Of a stretch of 24,524 bases of DNA, positions 1 to 7,496 are shown piece by piece; the stretch's first letter is position 1; every line of letters begins with the position of its first letter. The DNA lies in IMG/VR virus record IMGVR_UViG_3300037484_000194, positions 1-24,524 of that record; one strand, written 5' to 3'. The notes beneath the pieces are model-generated. The model worked only from the letters and a program-made list of their open reading frames with translations. It made no database searches and was not told the DNA's origin. The position numbers were made by a program, and so were the translations under genes. The DNA is from a virus. Lineage: Duplodnaviria > Caudoviricetes.

Positions 1-99
1 GACGCCGCCGCCGACGCCGACGCCGACGCCGACGCCTACGCCTACGCCTACGCCTACGCCTACGCCGCCGACGCCTACGCCTACGCCGCCGACGCCGCA
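1..99 (+). repeat. In-frame hexamer microsatellite (GACGCC)n/(TACGCC)n with interspersed GCC
   Basis: Directly visible tandem GACGCC and TACGCC units encoding DA and YA dipeptides. Confidence 0.95.
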
Positions 100-168
100 T
101 CCAGGGATGAAATACGTTTAAAGATTCTTATATACGGCATAGGACTATTGGAGAAAGCCAATGATTGA
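1..168 (+). CDS. 3' end of a phage protein with an Ala/Asp/Tyr low-complexity tract (truncated by window start)
   Basis: Frame 1 reads DAAADADADADAYAYAYAYAYAADAYAYAADAASRDEIRLKILIYGIGLLEKAND and stops at TGA 166-168, overlapping the next ATG at 161. Not in the supplied ORF track. Confidence 0.75.
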   Translation, partial: DAAADADADADAYAYAYAYAYAADAYAYAADAASRDEIRLKILIYGIGLLEKAND

Positions 169-304
169 AATAACCGAATATCGCTATGAGCGAAACAGCG
201 TTCCAGAATTGACGAGGTATGTTCCGCTCTACGACTACAAATCTGAAAAGGACATCAACGAAATTAGAGAGCAATTGCTTGCGTTGGTGTATGGGTGGGC
301 ATGA
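161..304 (+). CDS. Small hypothetical protein, 47 aa (MIEITEYRY...IREQLLALVYGWA)
   Basis: GGAG upstream; ATG 161 overlaps the previous gene and its stop overlaps the next ATG (ATGA at 301-304). Below the ORF-track cutoff; translated by hand. Confidence 0.65.
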   Translation: MIEITEYRYERNSVPELTRYVPLYDYKSEKDINEIREQLLALVYGWA

Positions 305-429
305 TGATTGAAATCTATTTCGACAAGGTAGAAAAACGCTACACCTTCCATTGGTTCGACGAAGAAATCGAAGGTAATGATGGGCCGATAACGGAGCAGT
401 TATACGCCTTGCTCTTGGGGTTGGCGTGA
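301..429 (+). CDS. Small hypothetical protein, 42 aa (MMIEIYFDK...ITEQLYALLLGLA), probable paralogue of 161-304
   Basis: ATGA coupling with the upstream gene; shares the MIEI start and an IxEQLxALxxGxA end with it. Confidence 0.65.
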   Translation: MMIEIYFDKVEKRYTFHWFDEEIEGNDGPITEQLYALLLGLA

Positions 430-462
430 TGGCATTCACTGATTGTTGGAAGAGGTACCGTC

Positions 463-720
463 ATGGTGTTTGATGATAACGATTTGAAGCGGTTGAAAGC
501 ACGAGGAACATACCAGCGAGGTAATGGTACTGGATGCTGGATTAGGGCAGATAACCTTAAAGCTCTCCTCGCCCGCCTGGAAGATGGCGAATTTCTTCTG
601 AGGTATTTTATTGAAGCAATGCCTCAGAACATCTGTCCATGTTGCAACACAGATCCGCACATTCCGAAGTGTGCTTTCGCAATTCGTTTAGAAGCCTGGC
701 GCAAGGCGTGTGGGAAATGA
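463..720 (+). CDS. Hypothetical phage protein with a Cys/His cluster (CPCC..H..C)
   Basis: 85 aa ORF; AGAGGT upstream; stop coupled to ATG 717. Confidence 0.75.
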   Translation: MVFDDNDLKRLKARGTYQRGNGTGCWIRADNLKALLARLEDGEFLLRYFIEAMPQNICPCCNTDPHIPKCAFAIRLEAWRKACGK

Positions 721-1070
721 CCGACAAACCGATGAGTGCGGATGAAAAAATAGGCGCCCTGTTCGATAAATACGAAGTGTTTTTATCAGCGGATATGTTT
801 GAAGAAATACATCACGAAATCAAGAAAGCCGAGCGATTGGCATATAAAAAAGGTTTTCATGACGGATTCGAAGAAGGGTTCAAAGACGCTATCGAACGGG
901 CGGCGAAGGAAGCGGATTCATTTACGTATGAAGTATTAGGAATATTAGTTACGTGCAAAGACGGAATCGAATACGTGCCTGGATTATATGGTGCGCCTCA
1001 GGCAATTGGTTTTTGTTCCGGTAAAGGTCATGTGGTTCCAACAGATAATATGAAACCGGAGGACAAATGA
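717..1070 (+). CDS. Hypothetical phage protein with a GxxxG-type repeat (KKGFHDGFEEGFKD)
   Basis: Start moved from 639 to ATG 717 because of the ATGA overlap with the previous stop; its stop is coupled to ATG 1067. Confidence 0.7.
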   Translation: MTDKPMSADEKIGALFDKYEVFLSADMFEEIHHEIKKAERLAYKKGFHDGFEEGFKDAIERAAKEADSFTYEVLGILVTCKDGIEYVPGLYGAPQAIGFCSGKGHVVPTDNMKPEDK

Positions 1071-1396
1071 CAGATCATGAGATTAACGAGGCGGTGGCGA
1101 GAAAGTTGGGGGATAAGACTGCTATGAAAGAATTCCAAGAATTCCATCGTCATTGCCCGATAAGTTGTGGCGGTAAATCGACTCCCGATTATTGCCATTC
1201 AATCGCAGCGGCATGGCAGATATTGGAATATGTTTCACGTTCTTGTCCACCATTTCCACATATTTTTAGTTTGCATAGAAATAGAGACGGAACGTGGCAG
1301 TGTTATTTCCCAAGTTATGTATCTACTACGAACGCAATAGCTGATACTGCACCGATGGCAATAGCACTAGCATTCTTGACATTGGAGGATAAGTAA
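1067..1396 (+). CDS. Phage ABA-sandwich / BC1872-like protein
   Basis: Motifs EINEAVARKLG, PDYCHSIAAAWQILE and ADTAPMAIALAFL match the recognised pattern of this family; GGAGGA RBS. Confidence 0.7.
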   Translation: MTDHEINEAVARKLGDKTAMKEFQEFHRHCPISCGGKSTPDYCHSIAAAWQILEYVSRSCPPFPHIFSLHRNRDGTWQCYFPSYVSTTNAIADTAPMAIALAFLTLEDK

Positions 1397-1399
1397 TCA

Positions 1400-1573
1400 A
1401 TGCGCTTTTATTTGGATGATGTCAAAGAATTGTGGCCTATTTTCTTTATTGTGTTCATTATCGTATCGCTGATCGTATTTATAGTAATTACTGCGCCATA
1501 CCTTACAAAAGAAGATGCAGCAAGGATGCAAGGATTAGCGATAGGTATTGCTGTAGGTATGGCGAGTCATTGA
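1400..1573 (+). CDS. Small membrane protein, 57 aa
   Basis: MRFYLDDVKELWPIFFIVFIIVSLIVFIVITAPYL...GLAIGIAVGMASH; one strong TM segment; GGAGGA upstream. Translated by hand. Confidence 0.7.
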   Translation: MRFYLDDVKELWPIFFIVFIIVSLIVFIVITAPYLTKEDAARMQGLAIGIAVGMASH

Positions 1574-1600
1574 GATGGCAATCTTAAAATTGGAGGAAAA

Positions 1601-1768
1601 ATGAACCATACGCACACCGAGGTGATGGTTACTCGAAAATGCGTAGAATGCGGAATATCACGTAAAATTACAATATATAGTCTACGAAAAGGTTCTCAGA
1701 AGTATTGTCGTAGATGTGCATTGAAATTGTTCGCCGCGGGAAGGAATCGTCAACCGAGGTTTGCATAG
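1601..1768 (+). CDS. Small basic zinc-ribbon protein, 55 aa
   Basis: GGAGGA RBS; MNHTHTEVMVTRKCVECGISRK...KYCRRCALK contains two CxxC motifs; TAG overlaps the GTG of the next gene. Confidence 0.7.
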   Translation: MNHTHTEVMVTRKCVECGISRKITIYSLRKGSQKYCRRCALKLFAAGRNRQPRFA

Positions 1769-1983
1769 TGACGAAGCCATCAACTATCCAAAGAGATCTT
1801 AAACTCATGGAATGGCTAAAAAACCAATCCGATCAGAATACTCCAAAGTCCGCAGCCTATCACTTTCAGATGACCGTCTGGGCCGTCTATAAAGCAGTCC
1901 ATAGAATTGAACGCCGTAAATCACAACGAAATCATTGTTCCAATAATTCTTCTTGCACATTTAACCGCATCGCTATAAACTAA
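1768..1983 (+). CDS. Putative helix-turn-helix protein, possible late-gene regulator
   Basis: GTG 1768 has GAGGT upstream and a TAGTG overlap; PKSAAYHFQMTVWAVYKAVHRI has HTH spacing; the gene lies immediately before the packaging operon. Confidence 0.55.
   Translation: MTKPSTIQRDLKLMEWLKNQSDQNTPKSAAYHFQMTVWAVYKAVHRIERRKSQRNHCSNNSSCTFNRIAIN
1953..1981 (+). promoter_or_regulatory. Sigma70-type promoter for the morphogenesis operon
   Basis: TTGCAC (1953-1958), 17 bp spacer, TAAACT (1976-1981), upstream of a non-coding leader. Confidence 0.6.
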
Positions 1984-1995
1984 AAGAGATTCAAC

Positions 1996-2062
1996 GCTTG
2001 GCGGCGGTTATCAGATTTGATGAACGTCGCCATTTCTATATCTAGCGACCTTGCCGCCAAGC
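1996..2062 (+). promoter_or_regulatory. Leader stem-loop
   Basis: Perfect 10 bp inverted repeat GCTTGGCGGC (1996-2005) / GCCGCCAAGC (2053-2062), with further inner pairing GGT/ACC and AGAT/ATCT. Confidence 0.6.
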
Positions 2063-2071
2063 AGCTCGCTA

Positions 2072-2105
2072 ACCCTCTGTCCGTAAGGCCGGAGGGTCTT
2101 TTTTT
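2072..2105 (+). terminator. Intrinsic terminator-like hairpin directly before terS
   Basis: ACCCTC...CC-GTAA-GG...GAGGGT with a GNRA loop, followed by C and T7 (2099-2105). Confidence 0.7.
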
Positions 2106-2108
2106 GTC

Positions 2109-2516
2109 ATGAATGAAGATGAAAAAACCTTTATGCCACCCAAAAAAACCTCAAACGGAAAACGGTTTGGGTATGAGCAACCAGCCATAGCAGGACCTGG
2201 GAGACCTCGATTGCCCGAAGGTGAAAAGGAGAGGCGTAAATATCTTCGCAATATAATTCAGCAAGCTACTCCAAAAGCTATCCAAGTTCTAGTGGAATCG
2301 CTAGAAGCGAAACAAACAAAGGACAGGATAAGAGCTGCTGAAATATTAACTAACCACTCACTCCCAAAACAGGAGGAGGTGGAATTGGATGGACGTATCA
2401 GTCCCCTTAGCTCAGTCCCAGAGCCAATCCTTACAAAAATACTTGCAGACGCTATCGCTACAGGATCGCCAACGCCTCCACACAATGGCAATGGCGGAAA
2501 TGGAGCGAAGGCTTGA
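2109..2516 (+). CDS. terS: Terminase small subunit (putative)
   Basis: Position before terL; N-terminal RFG...GPGRP motif followed by helical KAIQVLVESL...RIRAAEIL, typical of small terminase-like proteins. An alternative start is ATG 2133. Confidence 0.7.
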   Translation: MNEDEKTFMPPKKTSNGKRFGYEQPAIAGPGRPRLPEGEKERRKYLRNIIQQATPKAIQVLVESLEAKQTKDRIRAAEILTNHSLPKQEEVELDGRISPLSSVPEPILTKILADAIATGSPTPPHNGNGGNGAKA

Positions 2517-3888
2517 AGCGTATCGGTGCCGGTATTTTGAACCGAACGGGCCGCAGGAGAAGTTCATTAATCTTCTCGGGAAAGATAACCCGTTCATCGG
2601 TATATTCTCGGCGGCGAATGGGCTCGGGAAAACGACGCTTATCGTCAATGTCCTATCTAGCATCATTTGGGGTTCCCAAAACAGCTACTTTGATTTTCCG
2701 ATCTTTAAAGACTGGCCATTTCCTAAGCGATTTAGATTCGTCACAGACCCAAAACTTCTGGAAGAAATTGGTCCGTTCCACTCAGAGATTAAAAAGTGGT
2801 GGCCCAAGGGGAAGTATGAAGCCCTCAAAGGCGGGAAGTCCTACTACAGCCAATACAAAGCCAATGGATTCTTACTTGACGTCATGTCCTACGATCAGGA
2901 TTTGTCCCAGTTTGAGGGGTCGACGCTCGGAGGCATCTTCTTTGATGAACCTCCAGTGAGAGCGATCTGGAATGCATCGATAGCACGCCTGCGCATGGGT
3001 GGAATGGCGCTTGTGTTCATGACGCCTTTGACCCAGGCCGCGTGGTTCTTTGACGAGGTTGTTCCTAAGCACGCCTCAGCCATTATCTATGGCGATATCG
3101 AAGAGAACTGTAAGCAACATGGAGTCCGCGGACAGCTTGACCATGCCAATATCGAGCGCATGGTTGCCAACCTTGACCCCGAGGAGATAGAAGCTCGGGC
3201 GCATGGCAAGGCCATGTACCTACAGGGTCTTATCTACAAGAGCTTTGACCATAGCGTTCATGTGGCAAAGGCGCCTATTTCTGTCCCATCGAATGCCCAG
3301 GTCTATCAGATCGTGGATCCTGCGGTCGATAAGCCATTTGCATCAATCTGGGGGTTTCCTGACTTAGATGGAACGCTGTACATACATGATGAGTGGCCCA
3401 ATGATGACTTTTATCGGATGCATGGATGCGACTTAGGACTTTCTGATTACAAGCGGATATTTACATCCAAAGAATCCGGCTGGTCCATGCGTAAGCGAAT
3501 CATCGACCGACACTTTGCCGACGTGCGCAGTCTTCAAACCAAAAATACACTAAGACAAGACCTTGCTCACGTCGGTCTAAATTACGAGGCGTCCTATAAC
3601 GCGCAGCAGGAACAGGAAGAAGTTCAGACGGGTATCTTGAAGGTCAGATCCTACCTGAAATATGACCCGTCAAAGACCATTGACTCGCTAAATCGACCAC
3701 GGCTGGTGATATCTCCAACGTGCAAGAACACAATCAAAGGGTTTCAGAGGTGGAGTTTTGATACCTCGAATGGTAAGCCTAAAGACGAGTTCAAGGATTT
3801 CATGGATTGCGTGAGGTATTTTGTTATGGATGATCCCAAGGTGTCCGTTGCTCCGCCTGAGCCGAACTATCGGAGGTTGTATGGTTAG
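2389..3888 (+). CDS. terL: Terminase large subunit (P22 gp2-like)
   Basis: Walker A SAANGLGKT, Walker B GIFFDEPP, coupling motif MTPL, nuclease acidic residues IVDP and KDFMDCVRY; AGGAGGAGGT 8 nt upstream of ATG 2389. Confidence 0.95.
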   Translation: MDVSVPLAQSQSQSLQKYLQTLSLQDRQRLHTMAMAEMERRLEAYRCRYFEPNGPQEKFINLLGKDNPFIGIFSAANGLGKTTLIVNVLSSIIWGSQNSYFDFPIFKDWPFPKRFRFVTDPKLLEEIGPFHSEIKKWWPKGKYEALKGGKSYYSQYKANGFLLDVMSYDQDLSQFEGSTLGGIFFDEPPVRAIWNASIARLRMGGMALVFMTPLTQAAWFFDEVVPKHASAIIYGDIEENCKQHGVRGQLDHANIERMVANLDPEEIEARAHGKAMYLQGLIYKSFDHSVHVAKAPISVPSNAQVYQIVDPAVDKPFASIWGFPDLDGTLYIHDEWPNDDFYRMHGCDLGLSDYKRIFTSKESGWSMRKRIIDRHFADVRSLQTKNTLRQDLAHVGLNYEASYNAQQEQEEVQTGILKVRSYLKYDPSKTIDSLNRPRLVISPTCKNTIKGFQRWSFDTSNGKPKDEFKDFMDCVRYFVMDDPKVSVAPPEPNYRRLYG

Positions 3889-6049
3889 TCTAGACGAATC
3901 GCTTAGAGCAGCTACTGAAATGCAGCCGATGGCCGCTAATCGTCCGGCTATTGAGTTGCCTGACAATTTCGCGTCCGAGCAGCCGGCCGAGCAGTCTCCC
4001 GAACAGTTAGCCATGAACTACGCTTCACTTCCTGTTGAGTCTATGGTGGACATGGAAATCTGCGAGATGGTGGTCAATCGAAAGCGATCATCCGAGGATG
4101 CTCGTCGCATGAAGAAGATCGTTTGGGATAAGTGCTGGGACCATTATCGAAACGTGTATGACGTAAGCGGTAAAGAGGCGTGGCAAGCGACAACGTTCCA
4201 GCCTGAGACGGCCAAAGTTATTGAAGCGATTACGTCGAATCTCCATACGACGGCTCTGGGTCCGGAGATGCCGATTGAATGGCAGTGCAAAGTCAAAGAG
4301 TATGAGCAGAATGTCCTAGATACCAACGACATTCTTCGAAACGATTTTGTAAAAGGGCGTGCGAAAGTCAAATACACGGATCTGATTAGGTCCCTATGCG
4401 TGGTAGGTACGTCTATCGGAAAGGTCGGATATTGCAAGGAATCTGAGACGGTGATGGTTAAACAGCGCGGGAAGATCAGCGTCATGGACAGGTTTATGGA
4501 GGCGATTGGCCGGCCGGTCCCGAAGCCAATGGACACTTACGTCCCGCAGGATATGCTGGTCAAAGATTGGGCTGAAATCGAATATCGTGACCTGTACAAG
4601 TTCTTTCCGCAACCTGGATCAACCGATATCGATAAGGACCATTGGTATATCGAAGAGTCAGAGATTTCAAATGCTCAGTTGTCGAAACTGGCTCAGGACC
4701 CAGATGATACACAGCGAATCCGTCCGATCCCTTACGATATCTTTACGAGTTCTCAAAAGAATCCAGACGACTATAACGCGGATCTGGCGTCTAGGCGTAT
4801 GGCGCTCATGCAGTCTTCGACCACGCAGTTCTATTTTGATCCGGATATGCCGCACCAGCTACTTGAGATGTGGGGTCCTGTTCCTTGCTGGATGCTAAAG
4901 CCCGAAGAGCGAAACGACGAGTCAAAGAGGTATAAACAATATAACGCTTGGATATGGGTCATTGATGGTCGATGGGTGGCCAGGGCTCAGCTTTGTCCCT
5001 ATCGTGACGCGGCTCCTCCCTATTTCAAATCAACTTATATTCAGATTCCTGGTGATTTTTATGGTGTAGGTCCTGCCGAGCTAATGTTGGGTCTTCAAAT
5101 TGATTTGAATGAAACGGTCAATACGGGGTCCGATCAAGTCAATCTTTCTCTCAATAAGATTGTGGCTATTTTGAAAGATAAAGTCCCGACAGATTGCTGG
5201 AATCGGTTAGTCTCGAAGCCTGGGGCTCAGTGGCTCTTTGAGAATGTTCAGCGCGTCCAGGATGCGATGCAGATTATTGAGTTCCCCCCCATTACGCGGG
5301 ATTGGTACATGAAGATCCAGATGATCCGAGATGCTATTGCGGAAGTTACGGCAGCGAACAAGGTCACTCTTGGCGTAGGAGGCGGTAGCGATGAAGCTGG
5401 CGGCGGCACGTTCCGGGGGCAGTTGCTCAATAAGCACTCGTCTAATGAGCGGTTCATGCTCTATTCCAGAGTCTATGAGACAACTGGCCTGGCTGACGCT
5501 TTTCGCAAGATGTATCACCGCGTTTATCAGTTCAAGGATTACGAGTCTGTTGAGAATGTCATAGGAAAAGACCGGGCCGCAACATTTGAATTCCTTCCAC
5601 CCGAAAAGCTCGAACAAGTAGCGAACCTAGTGCCTCTTGGAGTTCTTGCGGCTGAGACCAAGGGCGTCAAGTTAGCGCAGAAAGCCCAGATGGTTCAGTT
5701 GTTCGCTCAATATCCATGGTTTAAGACGTATGAGTTATGCCGGTCGATGTGGATTGACATGGGCAATGCAGACGCGGATACAGTGACTTTTAGCAAAGAA
5801 GAAATGAACCAGTTCAATGAATTTAGACGCCAGGTCATGGCCGAGACGGCTCAAGGTCCCATGGGAGGCCAAGCGGCTCCTGGGGGACAGAGTGGAGGTC
5901 CGGGAGGGGCTTCCGCTCCTGCTACGCCTGGGGGGATGCCGGTGGCCGGGAACACGATGGGACCAAGTGAGGGAATGCCGCTGGAAGCGATGCCGGCCAG
6001 AGGTCCTGGGGCAAGTTCGATTGATGTGGAAGGGATGCCGATGTCATGA
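3881..6049 (+). CDS. Portal protein (P22-like, about 722 aa, Gly/Pro/Met-rich C-terminal tail)
   Basis: Follows terL; start reassigned to ATG 3881 (GGAGG RBS). Motifs VVGTSIGKVGY, PGDFYGVGPAELMLGLQIDLN and size fit podoviral portals. Confidence 0.88.
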   Translation: MVSLDESLRAATEMQPMAANRPAIELPDNFASEQPAEQSPEQLAMNYASLPVESMVDMEICEMVVNRKRSSEDARRMKKIVWDKCWDHYRNVYDVSGKEAWQATTFQPETAKVIEAITSNLHTTALGPEMPIEWQCKVKEYEQNVLDTNDILRNDFVKGRAKVKYTDLIRSLCVVGTSIGKVGYCKESETVMVKQRGKISVMDRFMEAIGRPVPKPMDTYVPQDMLVKDWAEIEYRDLYKFFPQPGSTDIDKDHWYIEESEISNAQLSKLAQDPDDTQRIRPIPYDIFTSSQKNPDDYNADLASRRMALMQSSTTQFYFDPDMPHQLLEMWGPVPCWMLKPEERNDESKRYKQYNAWIWVIDGRWVARAQLCPYRDAAPPYFKSTYIQIPGDFYGVGPAELMLGLQIDLNETVNTGSDQVNLSLNKIVAILKDKVPTDCWNRLVSKPGAQWLFENVQRVQDAMQIIEFPPITRDWYMKIQMIRDAIAEVTAANKVTLGVGGGSDEAGGGTFRGQLLNKHSSNERFMLYSRVYETTGLADAFRKMYHRVYQFKDYESVENVIGKDRAATFEFLPPEKLEQVANLVPLGVLAAETKGVKLAQKAQMVQLFAQYPWFKTYELCRSMWIDMGNADADTVTFSKEEMNQFNEFRRQVMAETAQGPMGGQAAPGGQSGGPGGASAPATPGGMPVAGNTMGPSEGMPLEAMPARGPGASSIDVEGMPMS

Positions 6050-6306
6050 CGAATTCTGAATCGGATCGTCAGTCTTCGATTGCCCGAGAGATTGGGGCAT
6101 CTTATCGTCGATGTACTCAAGAGTATGCTTGGAAAGATCTGACCGATTACATGACCAAGATCGTCGACGAATCGAATCATGATGTAGATGTTAAAGACAT
6201 TGAATTTCTGAGTGTTGCCTTGGTGGCGCGTTCGCGTGGGCTCAGGGAAGCAATCGACAAGATTCGAAAACATATTGATTACGCTTTGAATGGTGGAGTT
6301 CGATGA
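6046..6306 (+). CDS. Small conserved protein between portal and scaffold (Bbp19-like)
   Basis: ATGA overlap with portal; AWKDL...RGLREAIDKI pattern and position. Confidence 0.65.
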   Translation: MTNSESDRQSSIAREIGASYRRCTQEYAWKDLTDYMTKIVDESNHDVDVKDIEFLSVALVARSRGLREAIDKIRKHIDYALNGGVR

Positions 6307-6354
6307 AGCCAAAGAAGCCACGCTGCTAGTTCTTTAAATCATTCGTCATAAGCG

Positions 6355-6399
6355 AAGCAGGCTGTGAGGAGCCTCACCTTCTCGCAGCCTGCTTTTTTT
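6355..6399 (+). terminator. Intrinsic terminator-like hairpin before the scaffold gene
   Basis: AAGCAGGCTG (6355-6364) / CAGCCTGCTT (6385-6394), extendable inward, running into T7 (6393-6399). Confidence 0.75.
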
Positions 6400-6403
6400 A
6401 TGA

Positions 6404-6444
6404 CCAATTTGGCCACAAGGGCAACGACCCCGGCCATTGGGAGG
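6404..6444 (+). promoter_or_regulatory. Hairpin abutting the scaffold Shine-Dalgarno
   Basis: CCAAT..GGCC (6404-6414) pairs with GGCCATTGG (6432-6440), overlapping GGGAGG (6439-6444) ahead of GTG 6451. Confidence 0.5.
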
Positions 6445-6450
6445 CAAAAA

Positions 6451-7464
6451 GTGACAGAACCAAATGACGTGGCGACGGCCTCGCAAATCGAAGGTCCGAC
6501 AGCCGCGCAGATCCTGGATCAGATCAAAGAGAAGCAAAGAGAACTCAAGTCTCAGCTGGTAGCCAAACCGCCTGAGATCCCTGAGCCTGCGCCGACTCCT
6601 GATCCTGTATCCCCTGCGCCTGCAGCCGAACCTAGCGACGCGAACAAGCCGGCCGAACCGGTGCCGGAATCTAGCGCTGGAGTTGCACCAGGCCCATCGG
6701 GGAATGACAAGCCTGAATGGAAGGCATGGATTGAGAAGAAGGGTTTCAAGAGCACCGAGGATATGGTGCGAAGTATGCGCGAACTGGAGCGGGAACTCCA
6801 TCGTCGTGGTAAAGGGAACGGGGCTGATGCCCCTCCGCAGGCAATGCCTGCACCTACCCAACAGCCGCGGCCTGACTATCCCGTATCAGGGTATCCTTCC
6901 CCAAGACCGGCTCAAGTGAGTGAAGAGGAAATAGCGAAGAGGTACAACCTAGACCCCGAAGACCTTCGGCGTGTAGGACCCCTCGTGGCAGACATTGCCG
7001 CTAACATCTCCGCTCAACAGATTGGTCCTTTAATGTCCCAATTGAATCGCGTCAACCGGGAAGTCGCACGCAACGCAGAACTCCAAGGGCTTAAAGAAGA
7101 CCCCGCGTTTCAGGACCCGAGAGTGCAATATGAGATGCACCGAATCCTAGAAACAGACCCATCCATCCTCCAAAACGAGCCCGCTCCATACCGTTACGCC
7201 TTTAACGAGTCGTTACGGATTTTGGGACGGAGAATCCTGGAAGGATCAATAGAAACGGTGCCTACGGGCAAAACGAACTCGGGCCAGCCGCCTTATCCGA
7301 CGAATCCGCCTAAAACTGCTGGGGGAGGCAGTTCGGGTGCGCCAGGACAAGGCGCTGGAGTGACATCGACCGGCCAAATATCTGCTGAAAAATTTGCCAG
7401 CCTCCCTTCGGCTGAACAGCGGAAAATATTGGCCTCGCTCGGGAAAATAACACCGGAGTATTGA
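6451..7464 (+). CDS. Capsid scaffolding protein (putative)
   Basis: Lies immediately before the capsid gene; Pro/Ala/Glu-rich disordered N-terminus, KGFKSTEDMVRSMRELER coil and C-terminal FASLPSAEQRKIL helix. Start placed at GTG 6451 by RBS. Confidence 0.8.
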   Translation: MTEPNDVATASQIEGPTAAQILDQIKEKQRELKSQLVAKPPEIPEPAPTPDPVSPAPAAEPSDANKPAEPVPESSAGVAPGPSGNDKPEWKAWIEKKGFKSTEDMVRSMRELERELHRRGKGNGADAPPQAMPAPTQQPRPDYPVSGYPSPRPAQVSEEEIAKRYNLDPEDLRRVGPLVADIAANISAQQIGPLMSQLNRVNREVARNAELQGLKEDPAFQDPRVQYEMHRILETDPSILQNEPAPYRYAFNESLRILGRRILEGSIETVPTGKTNSGQPPYPTNPPKTAGGGSSGAPGQGAGVTSTGQISAEKFASLPSAEQRKILASLGKITPEY

Positions 7465-7496
7465 AGACCGCCAGATGCAAAAGATGGTGATTTTAA

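Noticed and set aside
1-99. Possible CRISPR array or telomere-like repeat
   Set aside because: Units are 3-6 nt with no spacers and lie in frame within a coding sequence.
128-660. Minus-strand ORFs 128-439 and 436-660
   Set aside because: They are shadows of a chain of coupled + strand small genes that have RBSs and stop/start overlaps.
1575-1604. ATGGCAAT...TTGGAGGA echo of the 3' end of gene 1067-1396, suggesting the membrane gene was inserted with a duplication
   Set aside because: The match is short and largely explained by the shared Shine-Dalgarno sequence.
1996-2105. tRNA or a known riboswitch in the leader
   Set aside because: No cloverleaf or T-loop consensus and no riboswitch consensus that I recognise; retained only as an unassigned structured leader.
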